Assembly: GCA_029006935.1 (NCBI GenBank)
Contig: JAQXGX010000111.1
Coordinates: 6,178-70,177, forward strand
Origin: Eggerthellales bacterium
Lineage (GTDB): Bacteria; Actinomycetota; Coriobacteriia; Coriobacteriales; Eggerthellaceae
Reading direction: 5' to 3'
DNA: 64,000 bases
In this document: positions 1 through 8,733 of the stretch, one piece after another
How the letters are laid out: every line of letters begins with the position of its first letter
Position numbering within the stretch: position 1 is the first letter of the stretch
Made by a program: the position numbers and the translations under genes
The notes under the pieces: generated by a model
Databases searched by the model: none
Told to the model about the DNA's origin: nothing
What the model saw: the letters and a program-made list of their open reading frames with translations, nothing else

Positions 1-774
1 CAGCTCCGCAATCTGACCGGCATCGGTGGCGTCATAGCCGCAGCCGGGCCGCATGGCATCGCCGATGCTGATGGTCACGTCATGCTCGTGCAGGATCTCC
101 AGCACCTCATCGTAGTACTCGTAGAAGGGGTTTTCGTTTCCCGTTGCCTCCATCCAGGCAAAGATCAGGGAACCACCGCGGCTGACGATGTTCATCAAGC
201 GGCCGGTTTCCTTGAAGCTTTCGATGACCCGGCGGTTCATGCCCGCATGAACCGTGACGAAGTCCACACCGTCTTCCGCGTGGCGACGAATCACGTCAAG
301 GAAGTCCTGGGGCGTGATGGTGATCAACGCCTTCTCCAGATAGCCGATGGCGTCGTACATGGGAACGGTGCCGATCATGGCCGGAGACTTCTCCACCAGC
401 TTGGTGCGAAACGCCTGGGTCTTGCCATGGTTGGAAAGGTCCATGATGGCCTCTGCCCCCAGCTCCAGGGCAACGTCGACCTTGCGCCACTCCTCTTCTT
501 CGTCCGCCAGATCCCCCGATATGCCCAGGTTCACGTTGACCTTGGTGCGCAGGCCATCGCCCACGCCCTCCGGGTCCAGGGAGGTGTGGTGGATGTTCGC
601 GGGAATGGCGATCACTCCCGAGGCAACGCCCTGGCGGATGTTTTCCGGCGTGCGGCCCTCCTTGCGAGCCACGACCTGCATCTGAGGCGTCACGATGCCC
701 GCACGGGCGTAGTCGATCTGAGTTACCAGGTTCTTCGCGGCTTCCCCGCCGCTGGCAGCAAGTACGGTATCCAT
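1..774 (-). CDS. thiC: phosphomethylpyrimidine synthase ThiC, 5' part (gene runs off the left edge)
   Basis: Absent from the ORF track because there is no stop in the window. Reverse translation from ATG 774 gives MDTVLAASGGEAAKNLVTQIDYARAGIVTPQMQ...VTVHAGMNRR...NIVSRGGS...ISIGDAMRPG, which are ThiC hallmarks. A TPP riboswitch lies directly upstream. Confidence 0.85.
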   Translation of the reverse strand, partial: MDTVLAASGGEAAKNLVTQIDYARAGIVTPQMQVVARKEGRTPENIRQGVASGVIAIPANIHHTSLDPEGVGDGLRTKVNVNLGISGDLADEEEEWRKVDVALELGAEAIMDLSNHGKTQAFRTKLVEKSPAMIGTVPMYDAIGYLEKALITITPQDFLDVIRRHAEDGVDFVTVHAGMNRRVIESFKETGRLMNIVSRGGSLIFAWMEATGNENPFYEYYDEVLEILHEHDVTISIGDAMRPGCGYDATDAGQIAEL

Positions 775-777
775 AGT

Positions 778-866
778 CTTCCCTTCGCTGGAATTATCCA
801 TATCAGGTTCAGGGGTCGAAGCGATTGCGGCTTCCTCTCAGCCCGAGCAGTCGAGCTCCCCCGCTA
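778..866 (-). promoter_or_regulatory. TPP (THI-box) riboswitch in the thiC leader
   Basis: Minus strand reads GGGGGAGCTCGACTGCTCGGGCTGAGAGGAAGCCGCAATCGCTTCGACCCCTGAACCTGATATGGATAATTCCAGCGAAGGGAAGACT then ATG. The CUGAGA block and the ACCUGAU..GGAUAAU.CCAGCG block are present. Confidence 0.85.
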
Positions 867-885
867 TGCAGCCCGCCGATGCGGA

Positions 886-1590
886 CTATTGGCTGAGTAT
901 ACCCCTTCGAGCTTGAGCCGAACTCGGATGAACCACCAGAAGCGTTCCCTTTTCCACCTCAATGGAGCAAGGACGCCCCTCCAACTCGTTGGACAGTCCC
1001 CAGGAGGTGCGGTTGGTCAGCACCTGGTCTTCCAGGGAGTAGCGAAGCCCCCGTTCGCTCACGCCTTCGCAGCGATCGCAGGCCCCATGCACGGACACCA
1101 CGCCGAAGAAGGGCTCCGTGGACCCAGACGCTGGGGAAAGCTCCAGCCTGGCAGGGCCCACCAGTACGGACACCTCCATGCCCTGGGCGTATCCTTGCTG
1201 ATCGGATGGCATTCCCACCGCATCCACATCCACTCCCCGCTCCGCCGCGGCGCACAGTGCCTGCAGGGCGGCAAGGGTATGGTCCAGCCTTCCTCCCAGG
1301 CATCCATAGACCCGCAGGGCGCAGGCACCCCGCTCCAGGGCGAAGTCCAGGGCAAGCTCAAGATCGCTTTTGTCCTTCATAGGAGGATGCTCCACCACCC
1401 AGGCGTGGTCCGGCACAAAGCCCAGCGAGTCGAAGTCCCCTAGCGCCACGTCCGGGTCGACGCCGGCCTCCTTCAGGTGGGCATAACCGCCGTCCACGGC
1501 AAGCACGCAGTCGAATTCGCCGGCAGCATAGCGCCCGAGGAAATCCCCGCGGTTGAAATCTGCAGCCGCGACCACGGCATATATCGTCAT
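886..1590 (-). CDS. thiN: thiamine diphosphokinase
   Basis: 234-aa ORF with GDFDS, KDKSDLELAL and GGRLDH motifs of the TPK family. AAGGGAGG RBS before ATG 1590. Confidence 0.8.
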   Translation of the reverse strand: MTIYAVVAAADFNRGDFLGRYAAGEFDCVLAVDGGYAHLKEAGVDPDVALGDFDSLGFVPDHAWVVEHPPMKDKSDLELALDFALERGACALRVYGCLGGRLDHTLAALQALCAAAERGVDVDAVGMPSDQQGYAQGMEVSVLVGPARLELSPASGSTEPFFGVVSVHGACDRCEGVSERGLRYSLEDQVLTNRTSWGLSNELEGRPCSIEVEKGTLLVVHPSSAQARRGILSQ

Positions 1591-1618
1591 GGGAGACCTC
1601 CCTTAATCGCTGGATGAG

Positions 1619-1627
1619 TGCTAGAAT
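1619..1627 (+). promoter_or_regulatory. extended -10 promoter (TGC-TAGAAT) for rnpB
   Basis: GTGCTAGAAT ends about 7 nt before the predicted 5' end of RNase P RNA. The -35 is weak. Confidence 0.55.
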
Positions 1628-1632
1628 ATCAC

Positions 1633-1971
1633 GCGCGAGTGGGCCAGACGGCTGCGTGCCGCACGGCGCGAGGAAAGTCCGGGCTCCACAGGGCAAGATG
1701 CCAGCTAACGGCTGGGCGGGGCGACCCGACGGAAAGTGCCACAGAAAAGAAGACTCCCCTTGCGGGGAAAAGCTGAAACGGTGCGGTAAGAGCGCACCAG
1801 CACGCTGGCAACAGCGTGGCTTGGTAAACCCCATCTGGAGCAAACGCAAATAGGAGCGCCACAGGCCCGCCCTGGCCTGCGCTCGGGTTGCGCGCTAGAG
1901 GCGCACGGTGACGTGCGTTCCAGATAAATAGCCGTCCTTCGACAGAACCCGGCTTATCGGCGCACTCGCAT
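1633..1971 (+). ncRNA. rnpB: RNase P RNA, bacterial type A
   Basis: Universal GAGGAAAGTCCGGGCTCCACAGGGCA near the 5' end and ACAGAACCCGGCTTATCGG near the 3' end. P1 pairing GCGAGTG (1635-1641) with CACTCGC (1963-1969). Confidence 0.9.
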
Positions 1972-1973
1972 GC

Positions 1974-2020
1974 AAAAAAGGGAGGGACTGGGTCAACCAA
2001 TCCCTCCCTTTGCTTGTTTT
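1974..2020. terminator. bidirectional intrinsic terminator between rnpB (+) and divIVA (-)
   Basis: 9-bp stem AGGGAGGGA/TCCCTCCCT (1979-2009), flanked by A6 on the left and TTTGCTTGTTTT on the right. Confidence 0.75.
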
Positions 2021-2044
2021 CAGTCCGCTTTGACCCGATGTCGC

Positions 2045-2857
2045 CTAGTCCAGATCGTCGAAGTCAAAATCGTCCACCACGGCGTCGCCGAAGCCGGAAA
2101 GGTCCTTGCCCACGGGCACAGCAGGGGCAACCTCGACCTGAACGGGCTCTACGGCTGCGGTCTGGGAAATGCCCGGTTCGATGACGGCAACGGGCTCACT
2201 CGGAGCAACGGAAGCCGAGCTCCAGGAAGAGGCCGGCCGGGGACGGGCATGGGCGCTGGACTTCAGGGAAAGCTCGCCGATCTCGGCAAGCTTTGCGGTG
2301 GAGTCGTTGATGAATCCCTTCAGGATGCCCTGGAAGGCTTCGCGCATGGCATCGCAATCGGCATCGAGCTTGGCGATCTCCTCCTGGATCTCGGCCTTTT
2401 CCTCCTGCGCCTTGTCAAGGATATCCCGGGCTTCCTCTCGGGCCTGGGCAACGATGTCGTCCGCCTTCTGGTTAGCCTTGACAAGCAGGTCATCGGCGGA
2501 GCGCTGGGCGATGATCAGCGCCTGGGCGATGGCATTGCCGTCGGCACGCTGCTCTTCCAGCTGACGCTCCAGCTCGGCGATGCGCGCATCCTTTTCGGAC
2601 TCATCCGCTGCCGCGGGAACAACGGGCTCCGGAGCAGCGAATGCATCGGCAGTGGTGTCCAGGGCATCAAGGGTGGCCGTTTCGAAGCCGGCGAAGCGAA
2701 GATCCTCTTCCTGCTTGGAAAGCTCCGCGATCTGATTGTTCAGAGCATCGATCTCATCGGCAACGTGCTCGAGGAACACGTCGACCTCGTCGACGTCGTA
2801 GCCCTTTCGATCGATGGAAAAGCTCTGATTGTGGATGTCGGAAGCGGTAATAGCCAT
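2045..2857 (-). CDS. divIVA: DivIVA-domain cell-division/polarity protein
   Basis: N-terminus MAITASDIHNQSFSIDRKGYDVDEVDVFLEHV followed by coiled coil. Last gene of the dcw cluster. Confidence 0.85.
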   Translation of the reverse strand: MAITASDIHNQSFSIDRKGYDVDEVDVFLEHVADEIDALNNQIAELSKQEEDLRFAGFETATLDALDTTADAFAAPEPVVPAAADESEKDARIAELERQLEEQRADGNAIAQALIIAQRSADDLLVKANQKADDIVAQAREEARDILDKAQEEKAEIQEEIAKLDADCDAMREAFQGILKGFINDSTAKLAEIGELSLKSSAHARPRPASSWSSASVAPSEPVAVIEPGISQTAAVEPVQVEVAPAVPVGKDLSGFGDAVVDDFDFDDLD

Positions 2858-2908
2858 GTGTTTTCCCTTCGCCCTTGAAACAGCAGCCCTTGCTGCATGA
2901 AACCCGAT

Positions 2909-3175
2909 TTAGTAGACAACGCCGATGAGCAGCCGTACTGCCAATTGTAATACAAGCAGCGCGATAATCGGCGTGATGTCGATCATGCCCCCTATAGGGG
3001 GAATCAGCCTCTTGAACAGATCCAGGTATGGATCGCAGACGCGGCCCAGGACATCGTAGATCTGCGCGAGCACACCTGCGTTGGTAGGCAGCCAGCTCAT
3101 AAGCACGTACACGCAGATCACCAGGCTGTACAGGTCGACCAGCCGCACGATCAGCGCCATCAGAAACATAATCAT
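2909..3175 (-). CDS. YggT/YlmG family membrane protein
   Basis: 88-aa hydrophobic protein in the conserved sepF-yggT-divIVA position. Confidence 0.8.
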   Translation of the reverse strand: MIMFLMALIVRLVDLYSLVICVYVLMSWLPTNAGVLAQIYDVLGRVCDPYLDLFKRLIPPIGGMIDITPIIALLVLQLAVRLLIGVVY

Positions 3176-3187
3176 GAGCCCCTCCTG

Positions 3188-4015
3188 CTACAGCACGCCC
3201 TGGGACTGCAGGCCCCGACGCTCCTGGTCGTCCAATCCCGGACCTACGGCCAGCACGAACACCTTTTCCGCCACGCAATCCGCCGAGGCACCCAGGGCGG
3301 TGGCGGCTCCAAAGGAAAAGTCCAGGATACGCTTGGCAAGCTGGTCGGGAGTTTGGGTGAGGCACAGGACCGCCGCGTCGCCCGCTCTCAGAACCTTGGC
3401 GACCCGCTCCGCATCCCCATAGGCCTTGGGCCTGATCACCACGCAGGAGCGGGTGGGCTTATGGCTTACCACGGAGGCGCCGGTGAAGGCAGCGTAGGGA
3501 TCGAAGGACTCGGCAGGAGCCGCGGGCTGGGGAGCCTGGGCCGGGGATTCCGCCGCAGCGGACGGCGAAGCCGTGGGGGTAAAGACCGCGTCAAGGCTTT
3601 CCGAACGCTCTGATCTGGGCAGGGCAGAGGACGAAGACCCGGAAGAGGCTTCGTCCACCAAGGTCCTTCCAACTCCGGCACGGGTGGAAAGGGGATCCCG
3701 CACCAGGCTCTCCGGCACGGCGGTGGAACGCTTCACATCAGAAAGGGACACCAGACGGGGGGCCATGCTTCGCTGCTCCCCCGTACTGCGGGTCGTGACG
3801 GTGTCATAGGGATCGTACTGGGAGGAAGCAGGGGCATAGCCGCCGTCCCGCTCCTCATCGTAGCCGTACTCACCGTAGTCCGGGTATTCGTCCACGTCCC
3901 CGAAGTCATCGTAGTCGTCGAAGCCTCCCCCGTAGGGGTCGTTGCCGGCCTTGCCGCGGCCGAACCGGGACTTCAGGCCGTCAAGCATGCCTGAGGAAAT
4001 CTTTGGCAGATCCAT
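3188..4015 (-). CDS. sepF: cell division protein SepF
   Basis: C-terminal SepF domain (VIRPKAYGDAERVAKVLRAGDAAVLCL...LAKRILDFSFGA). Start moved to ATG 4015, which has a GAAGGAA RBS; the track start 4096 has none. Confidence 0.8.
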   Translation of the reverse strand: MDLPKISSGMLDGLKSRFGRGKAGNDPYGGGFDDYDDFGDVDEYPDYGEYGYDEERDGGYAPASSQYDPYDTVTTRSTGEQRSMAPRLVSLSDVKRSTAVPESLVRDPLSTRAGVGRTLVDEASSGSSSSALPRSERSESLDAVFTPTASPSAAAESPAQAPQPAAPAESFDPYAAFTGASVVSHKPTRSCVVIRPKAYGDAERVAKVLRAGDAAVLCLTQTPDQLAKRILDFSFGAATALGASADCVAEKVFVLAVGPGLDDQERRGLQSQGVL

Positions 4016-4105
4016 TATGGTTCCTTCGCTCCATTCGTAATATCCGGCGCACGGGGACGAAGGCGCAGGGAGCATCCAACCCGTGCGAAGATGCAATCAT
4101 AGCAG

Positions 4106-4804
4106 CTATTTCAGGACCAGGGGCTCCTCGGAAAAGATTGCGCGCCCGATCCTGACCATGGTAGCGCCGCAGGCAATCGCCTCGGGCCAGTCTTCGCTCA
4201 TCCCCATGGAAAGTTCATTGAATACCGCCGCATCATCTGGTTCCATGGCGCTTCTGATCTGGTCTCGCAGCTGGGCCAGACCCTGGAACGTACGAAGGGC
4301 CTCTTCCCTGCTTCCCTGGGGAGCCATGGTCATGAGCCCCCGAGGGCGTACGCCGGGAAGCTCAAGGCAGCAGCGGACCAAATCGATCGCCTGGGCGGGA
4401 GTGCAGCCCCCCTTGGACTCTTCCCCCGACACGTTCACCTCGATCAGCACGTCCTGAACCTTCCCCAGGGAGGCTGCGTGGCTGCTGATCTTGCGCGCGT
4501 GGCTTTCCTGGAACAGGGAGTGGATAAGACACGCATGCTCCACGATATCCCCGATGCGGCGGGACTGGATGTTGCCGATGAAATGCCAGTTCTGGTCGGG
4601 ATAGGCCTGGGCCTTCTGAACCAGGCACTCCGGCCGGTTTTCACCGAAATCATGGGCGCCTGCAGCAATCGCCTGGGCAACCACCGGCGCATCCACGGTC
4701 TTGGAAACGGCGATCAGGCAAACCTGGCCCGCGTCCCTTCCCTGCTCCTGCGCGCAATCGGCAACCTGGCTGGCAATGCGCCGGTAGTTTTCCCCTATGC
4801 TCAT
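4106..4804 (-). CDS. yggS: YggS/YlmE family PLP-binding protein
   Basis: MSIGENYRRI...LIAVSKT...HFIGNIQSRR...LMTMAP...LSMGMSEDW family pattern. ATGA overlap with the pgeF stop at 4801-4804. Confidence 0.85.
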   Translation of the reverse strand: MSIGENYRRIASQVADCAQEQGRDAGQVCLIAVSKTVDAPVVAQAIAAGAHDFGENRPECLVQKAQAYPDQNWHFIGNIQSRRIGDIVEHACLIHSLFQESHARKISSHAASLGKVQDVLIEVNVSGEESKGGCTPAQAIDLVRCCLELPGVRPRGLMTMAPQGSREEALRTFQGLAQLRDQIRSAMEPDDAAVFNELSMGMSEDWPEAIACGATMVRIGRAIFSEEPLVLK

Positions 4805-5634
4805 GGCCGTTCCTCCAATCTGACGGCAAGGGCGCCGTGACGACCGCACACGCCTGCGCTTGCCCTGTACGAATAGTATCTTTCGGGATTGCAGCGGGTG
4901 CAGATCCCCACATCGAAGATGCGCCGGGGAGTCATTCCCGCACGCCGAAGGTCCACGGTGACCGCCTGGGCAAGATCCACCTGCCCGGAATCGGGAACGC
5001 ACTGCGGCCCGAAGGCCTGGCGAAAGCGCTCCGCCACGTCCTCGCCCGTCTGGAAGCACTCCCTGTGGATATGGGGGCCAATATAGGCGTTGAAGGTTTC
5101 CGCCGGCAGGCCCGATGCCCAAGACAGAGCCGAAACGGCCTTTCCGGCAATGCCTGCCACCGCCCCACGCCATCCCGCATGGACCACGGAGAAGGATCCG
5201 TCAGGTGCAGCCAGGATCACGGGAACGCAGTCGGCGAAGCACAGCAGCGCGGCAACATTAGGAACGGAAACTACCAGGGCATCGGCTCCCTGCTCCGCAT
5301 TGGACCGAGCCTGGGAAACCGCCTTCGGATCCACGGACGAAACCGTTACCACCTCGGTGCCGTGAACCTGATTGGGCACGACCAGCTGGGCATGGGGCGC
5401 TCCTGCCGCCTGCAAGAGCAGCCGCCTGTTGCCTTCCACGTCAACGGGGTCGTCGCCCACATGAGACCCCAGGTTCAGCCCCGCAAAGGGGGCCTTGCTC
5501 TGACCGCCTGCCACGCCGGTGAAAGCCGCCCTAATGCCAACCGACGATGCAAGGGCATCGTCGGTAAGCAGCTCAATGCCCGCAACAGGGCGAACTTCCA
5601 TATGGGGCAGCGGCAGCTTCTCAGCCACTACCAT
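4801..5634 (-). CDS. pgeF: PgeF/YfiH (DUF152, laccase-domain) protein
   Basis: 277 aa with NQVHG...ADALV...CADCVPV...HAGWRG...IGPHI...RCT motifs. Conserved position after ftsZ. Confidence 0.8.
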   Translation of the reverse strand: MVVAEKLPLPHMEVRPVAGIELLTDDALASSVGIRAAFTGVAGGQSKAPFAGLNLGSHVGDDPVDVEGNRRLLLQAAGAPHAQLVVPNQVHGTEVVTVSSVDPKAVSQARSNAEQGADALVVSVPNVAALLCFADCVPVILAAPDGSFSVVHAGWRGAVAGIAGKAVSALSWASGLPAETFNAYIGPHIHRECFQTGEDVAERFRQAFGPQCVPDSGQVDLAQAVTVDLRRAGMTPRRIFDVGICTRCNPERYYSYRASAGVCGRHGALAVRLEERP

Positions 5635-5638
5635 GGTG

Positions 5639-6748
5639 CTATCGCTGGCGCTTCAGGAAATCGGGGATGTAATCCTCGTCCGCAAAGCGGCTGGAAGCGG
5701 AAGTGGTGAAGCTGGGCGTTGGAGAAGCAATCGGCTCGGGCGCCGGAGAGGCTGCCTTCACGCCGAAGTCCATGGTGGACTGGGACGGGGAACCCACCTT
5801 GAAGCCCGTGGCGATGACGGTGATGCACACCGTGTCCTGCAGGGACTCGTCCACGATCTGGCCATAGATGATGTTGGCGTTTTCGTCCGCGCAGGCCTCC
5901 ACCGTACGGGCGGCTTCCGCGACCTCCTGAAGGGTAAGGTCGGGACCGCCGGCAATGGAGAACAGCACCCGCGTGGCACCGGAGATGGATGCCTCCAGCA
6001 AGCTGGAGTTGGTTGCCTGCTGGGCGGCCTCAAGGGCGCGGTTTTCGCCACTGGACTGGCCGATGCCCATCATGGCCGTGCCGGCGTTCTTCATGACAGA
6101 GCGGATGTCGGCGAAGTCCAGGTTGATCAGGCCGGGAATGGTGATCAGGTCGGTCACGCCCTGGATGCCCTGGCGAAGGGTGTCATCGGCAATGCGGAAG
6201 GCATCGATCATGCTGGTCTTCTTGTCCACGATCTCCAGAAGGCGGTCGTTGGGAATGACGATCAGCGTGTCAACCTTCTGGGCGAGCAGGTCGATTCCCT
6301 GCTCAGCCTGGTTGCGGCGGACGCGGCCTTCGAAGGAGAAGGGCTTGGTCACGATGCCGACGGTCAGCGCGCCGATTTCCTCACGGGCGATCTCGGCTAT
6401 GATGGGAGCGGCTCCCGTGCCGGTACCGCCGCCTTCGCCCGCGGTGACGAAAACCATGTCCGCCTCGGAAAGGGCCTCGCGAATCTCCGCCCGGCTTTCC
6501 TCCGCCGCCTGGCAACCCACCTCAGGATTTGCGCCAGCTCCCAGACCGCGGGTGAGCTCTTCACCGATGTGGATGGTCTTATCCGCATCGGAAAGAAGCA
6601 GTGCCTGGCGATCGGTGTTCACAGCAATGAACTCCACGCCCTTCACACCGGCCTCGACCATGCGGTTCACGGCATTCGTGCCGCCACCGCCAACGCCGAC
6701 GACCTTGATCACGGCCAGATGCTCTGCGCCGATTCTGCTGTTTGACAT
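5639..6748 (-). CDS. ftsZ: cell division GTPase FtsZ
   Basis: [17 protein letters not shown] and GGTGTGAAP tubulin signature, with C-terminal [11 protein letters not shown] peptide. Start ATG 6748 (MSNSRIG); ATG 6760 is also possible. Confidence 0.95.
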   Translation of the reverse strand: MSNSRIGAEHLAVIKVVGVGGGGTNAVNRMVEAGVKGVEFIAVNTDRQALLLSDADKTIHIGEELTRGLGAGANPEVGCQAAEESRAEIREALSEADMVFVTAGEGGGTGTGAAPIIAEIAREEIGALTVGIVTKPFSFEGRVRRNQAEQGIDLLAQKVDTLIVIPNDRLLEIVDKKTSMIDAFRIADDTLRQGIQGVTDLITIPGLINLDFADIRSVMKNAGTAMMGIGQSSGENRALEAAQQATNSSLLEASISGATRVLFSIAGGPDLTLQEVAEAARTVEACADENANIIYGQIVDESLQDTVCITVIATGFKVGSPSQSTMDFGVKAASPAPEPIASPTPSFTTSASSRFADEDYIPDFLKRQR

Positions 6749-6855
6749 TAGTTCCACCATACCTTCTGCATTGCTTTGCTGCGTTACGTTGTATGAGTGC
6801 ATCTGAGTACACACGGTTTGCATTCTACCTTATAGCTGCCCTGATGCAAAGGGAG

Positions 6856-7842
6856 CTAGGCGGAACGCCAGGTAGGACGCTCGACCGACCTGACGTTGAT
6901 ATAGGCTATGGAGCCCTGGTGCTCCTTGAGCAGCTCAAGGCAGACCCGCTCCTTGTCCCGGATGTCCTCGGCGGTGCCGAAGGCTATCTCCACCCCGCCC
7001 TCCAGCACCAACGTGGTGGAGTTCGCATCAGACGCCACCATGGTCTTCACCTGATCGGCAAGCTCGGTGGTCATGCCGGATATGATGGACAGGGCGTTGT
7101 TTACGTTCGGATCACCGCAGACGGCGCCGATCTGGGGCTCCTCGGACACCAGCAGGTTCTGGATGCGCATGACCGAGGCCGCGTCCTCGTAGACCTGGGC
7201 CGACGTAGCCTGACCCGCCTCGGAGTCCTGATCGGGAATGGGCATGAGCCATATGCCGTCGGAGGCGATGGCCCAGAGCTGGGAAGCGCTGGTAGCTGAC
7301 GTCTGGACGTCGATGACCGCCTTGATGGTTCGCTCGGTCACCGCCAGCTCCAGGGTATCGGGGAAGATCCGGTTCACCGAAACGTCTTGGATCCACGCAT
7401 CCCGAAGCAGGTTGCGACGTATGGCCTCGGTGTCCACGGTCAGAAGCGGTGTTCCCAGGGGGACCTCCGCCAACTGGGACATCTCCTGCTCCGTCAGGTG
7501 CGATACTCCCTTTGTGGTCACGTTCTTGACGGCCAGCACGCCGGTTCCCGAAAGAATGACCACCACCGCCAGGACCGCGCCCAGGACAGAAGCCGCGATG
7601 CCGACCACAAGGGCCGGCTTTGCCCCGCCCTTCTTCGCCCGTCCCAGGGAGCTCTTCCCGTCCAGATCGCCGATTCTGGTGGAGCGCACCCCCGTTCCGG
7701 AGAAGGCCTGCTGCCTTCTTCCCGCAGAAGACGAGGTCACCCGGTATCCCGATGCCGAGGCAGAGCGCCGCGACGCCCCTCGGGAGGAGCCGGCGCTACG
7801 AGATGCCGAGGAAACGGACCTCCGGTTTGAGTTCGATGCCAT
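6856..7842 (-). CDS. ftsQ: cell division protein FtsQ/DivIB
   Basis: Ser/Arg-rich cytoplasmic head, one TM segment, then a POTRA-like region (VKNVTTKGVSHLTEQEM...). ATG 7842 preferred over the track's TTG 7869. Overlaps the murB 3' end. Confidence 0.75.
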   Translation of the reverse strand: MASNSNRRSVSSASRSAGSSRGASRRSASASGYRVTSSSAGRRQQAFSGTGVRSTRIGDLDGKSSLGRAKKGGAKPALVVGIAASVLGAVLAVVVILSGTGVLAVKNVTTKGVSHLTEQEMSQLAEVPLGTPLLTVDTEAIRRNLLRDAWIQDVSVNRIFPDTLELAVTERTIKAVIDVQTSATSASQLWAIASDGIWLMPIPDQDSEAGQATSAQVYEDAASVMRIQNLLVSEEPQIGAVCGDPNVNNALSIISGMTTELADQVKTMVASDANSTTLVLEGGVEIAFGTAEDIRDKERVCLELLKEHQGSIAYINVRSVERPTWRSA

Positions 7843-8722
7843 GTGCTTCGTATACCTTCGTCTTTGCAAGTTCCATTAGAGCGCATACGTCCCGAGCGGT
7901 GGCTCCGCCCGTGTTCACGATGAAGTTCGCATGCATTTCCGAGATCTGGGCTCCGCCCACCCGGGTTCCCTTCAGACCCAGTCCCTCGATCAACGAGCCC
8001 GCCGACGTGCCCGGAGGGCTTTTGAACACGCTGCCGCAGGAAGGCATGCTCAAGGGCTGGGTGCTCCTTCTCCGAGCCAGGGAGGCCTCCATCTTACCGC
8101 GAATGTAGACGGGATCCGCAGGTTCCACGGCAAGCTCACATTCCAAGATCACGTCATCCGGGGCGAAGGAGGTGCTGCGATAGTCCCACTGGATCTTTGA
8201 GCCGGGAATCTTGCGCAATCCCTTGCCCGGGGAGAACACGGTCACCGTCTTGACAGCCTTGCCCATCCAGTCCGTGCGGGTGCCGGCGTTCATCCGCAGG
8301 GCGCCGCCGATGCTTCCCGGCGTTCCCACCGCGAACTCAAGGCCCGCAAGGGTGCGCTGGAAGGCCTCCTGCACCACCGCCGTGAGGGAAACCCCCGCTC
8401 CCGCGCAGAACTGGCTGCGCTCCTGGTCGAAGTAGCTGTGGCGAAAATCGCGCCCCAGCACCACCACCACGCCGGGATAGCCTTCGTCGGCAACCAGCAG
8501 GTTCGACCCCCGGCCCACGATGACCCAGGGAACCTGCTCCGCCTGGCAGGCTTCGATGAGCTTGGTGAGCGCGCCGATGGAGTCAGCCTGAACCAGGAAC
8601 CGGGCAGGACCGCCGATGCGATAGGTGGTGTGACGGGACAGGGGCTCGTTGGGCAGCACTTCACCATCGAACCTGCTGTCCACCAGCAACGCCTGAAGCT
8701 CCGAGGTATGCCTCGCCGCCAT
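7796..8722 (-). CDS. murB: UDP-N-acetylenolpyruvoylglucosamine reductase
   Basis: 308 aa; ...PLSRHTTYRIGGPARFLV...VIVGRGSNLLV... FAD-binding MurB pattern. GGGAAGGG RBS. Confidence 0.9.
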   Translation of the reverse strand: MAARHTSELQALLVDSRFDGEVLPNEPLSRHTTYRIGGPARFLVQADSIGALTKLIEACQAEQVPWVIVGRGSNLLVADEGYPGVVVVLGRDFRHSYFDQERSQFCAGAGVSLTAVVQEAFQRTLAGLEFAVGTPGSIGGALRMNAGTRTDWMGKAVKTVTVFSPGKGLRKIPGSKIQWDYRSTSFAPDDVILECELAVEPADPVYIRGKMEASLARRRSTQPLSMPSCGSVFKSPPGTSAGSLIEGLGLKGTRVGGAQISEMHANFIVNTGGATARDVCALMELAKTKVYEAHGIELKPEVRFLGIS

Positions 8723-8733
8723 GATGCCCTTCC

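Noticed and set aside
82-1443. 453-aa plus-strand ORF spanning the left end
   Set aside because: It is antisense to thiC (clear ThiC protein on the minus strand), the TPP riboswitch and the thiamine diphosphokinase gene. The composition is Arg/Gly/His/Val-rich, typical of a shadow ORF in high-GC DNA, and there is no RBS.
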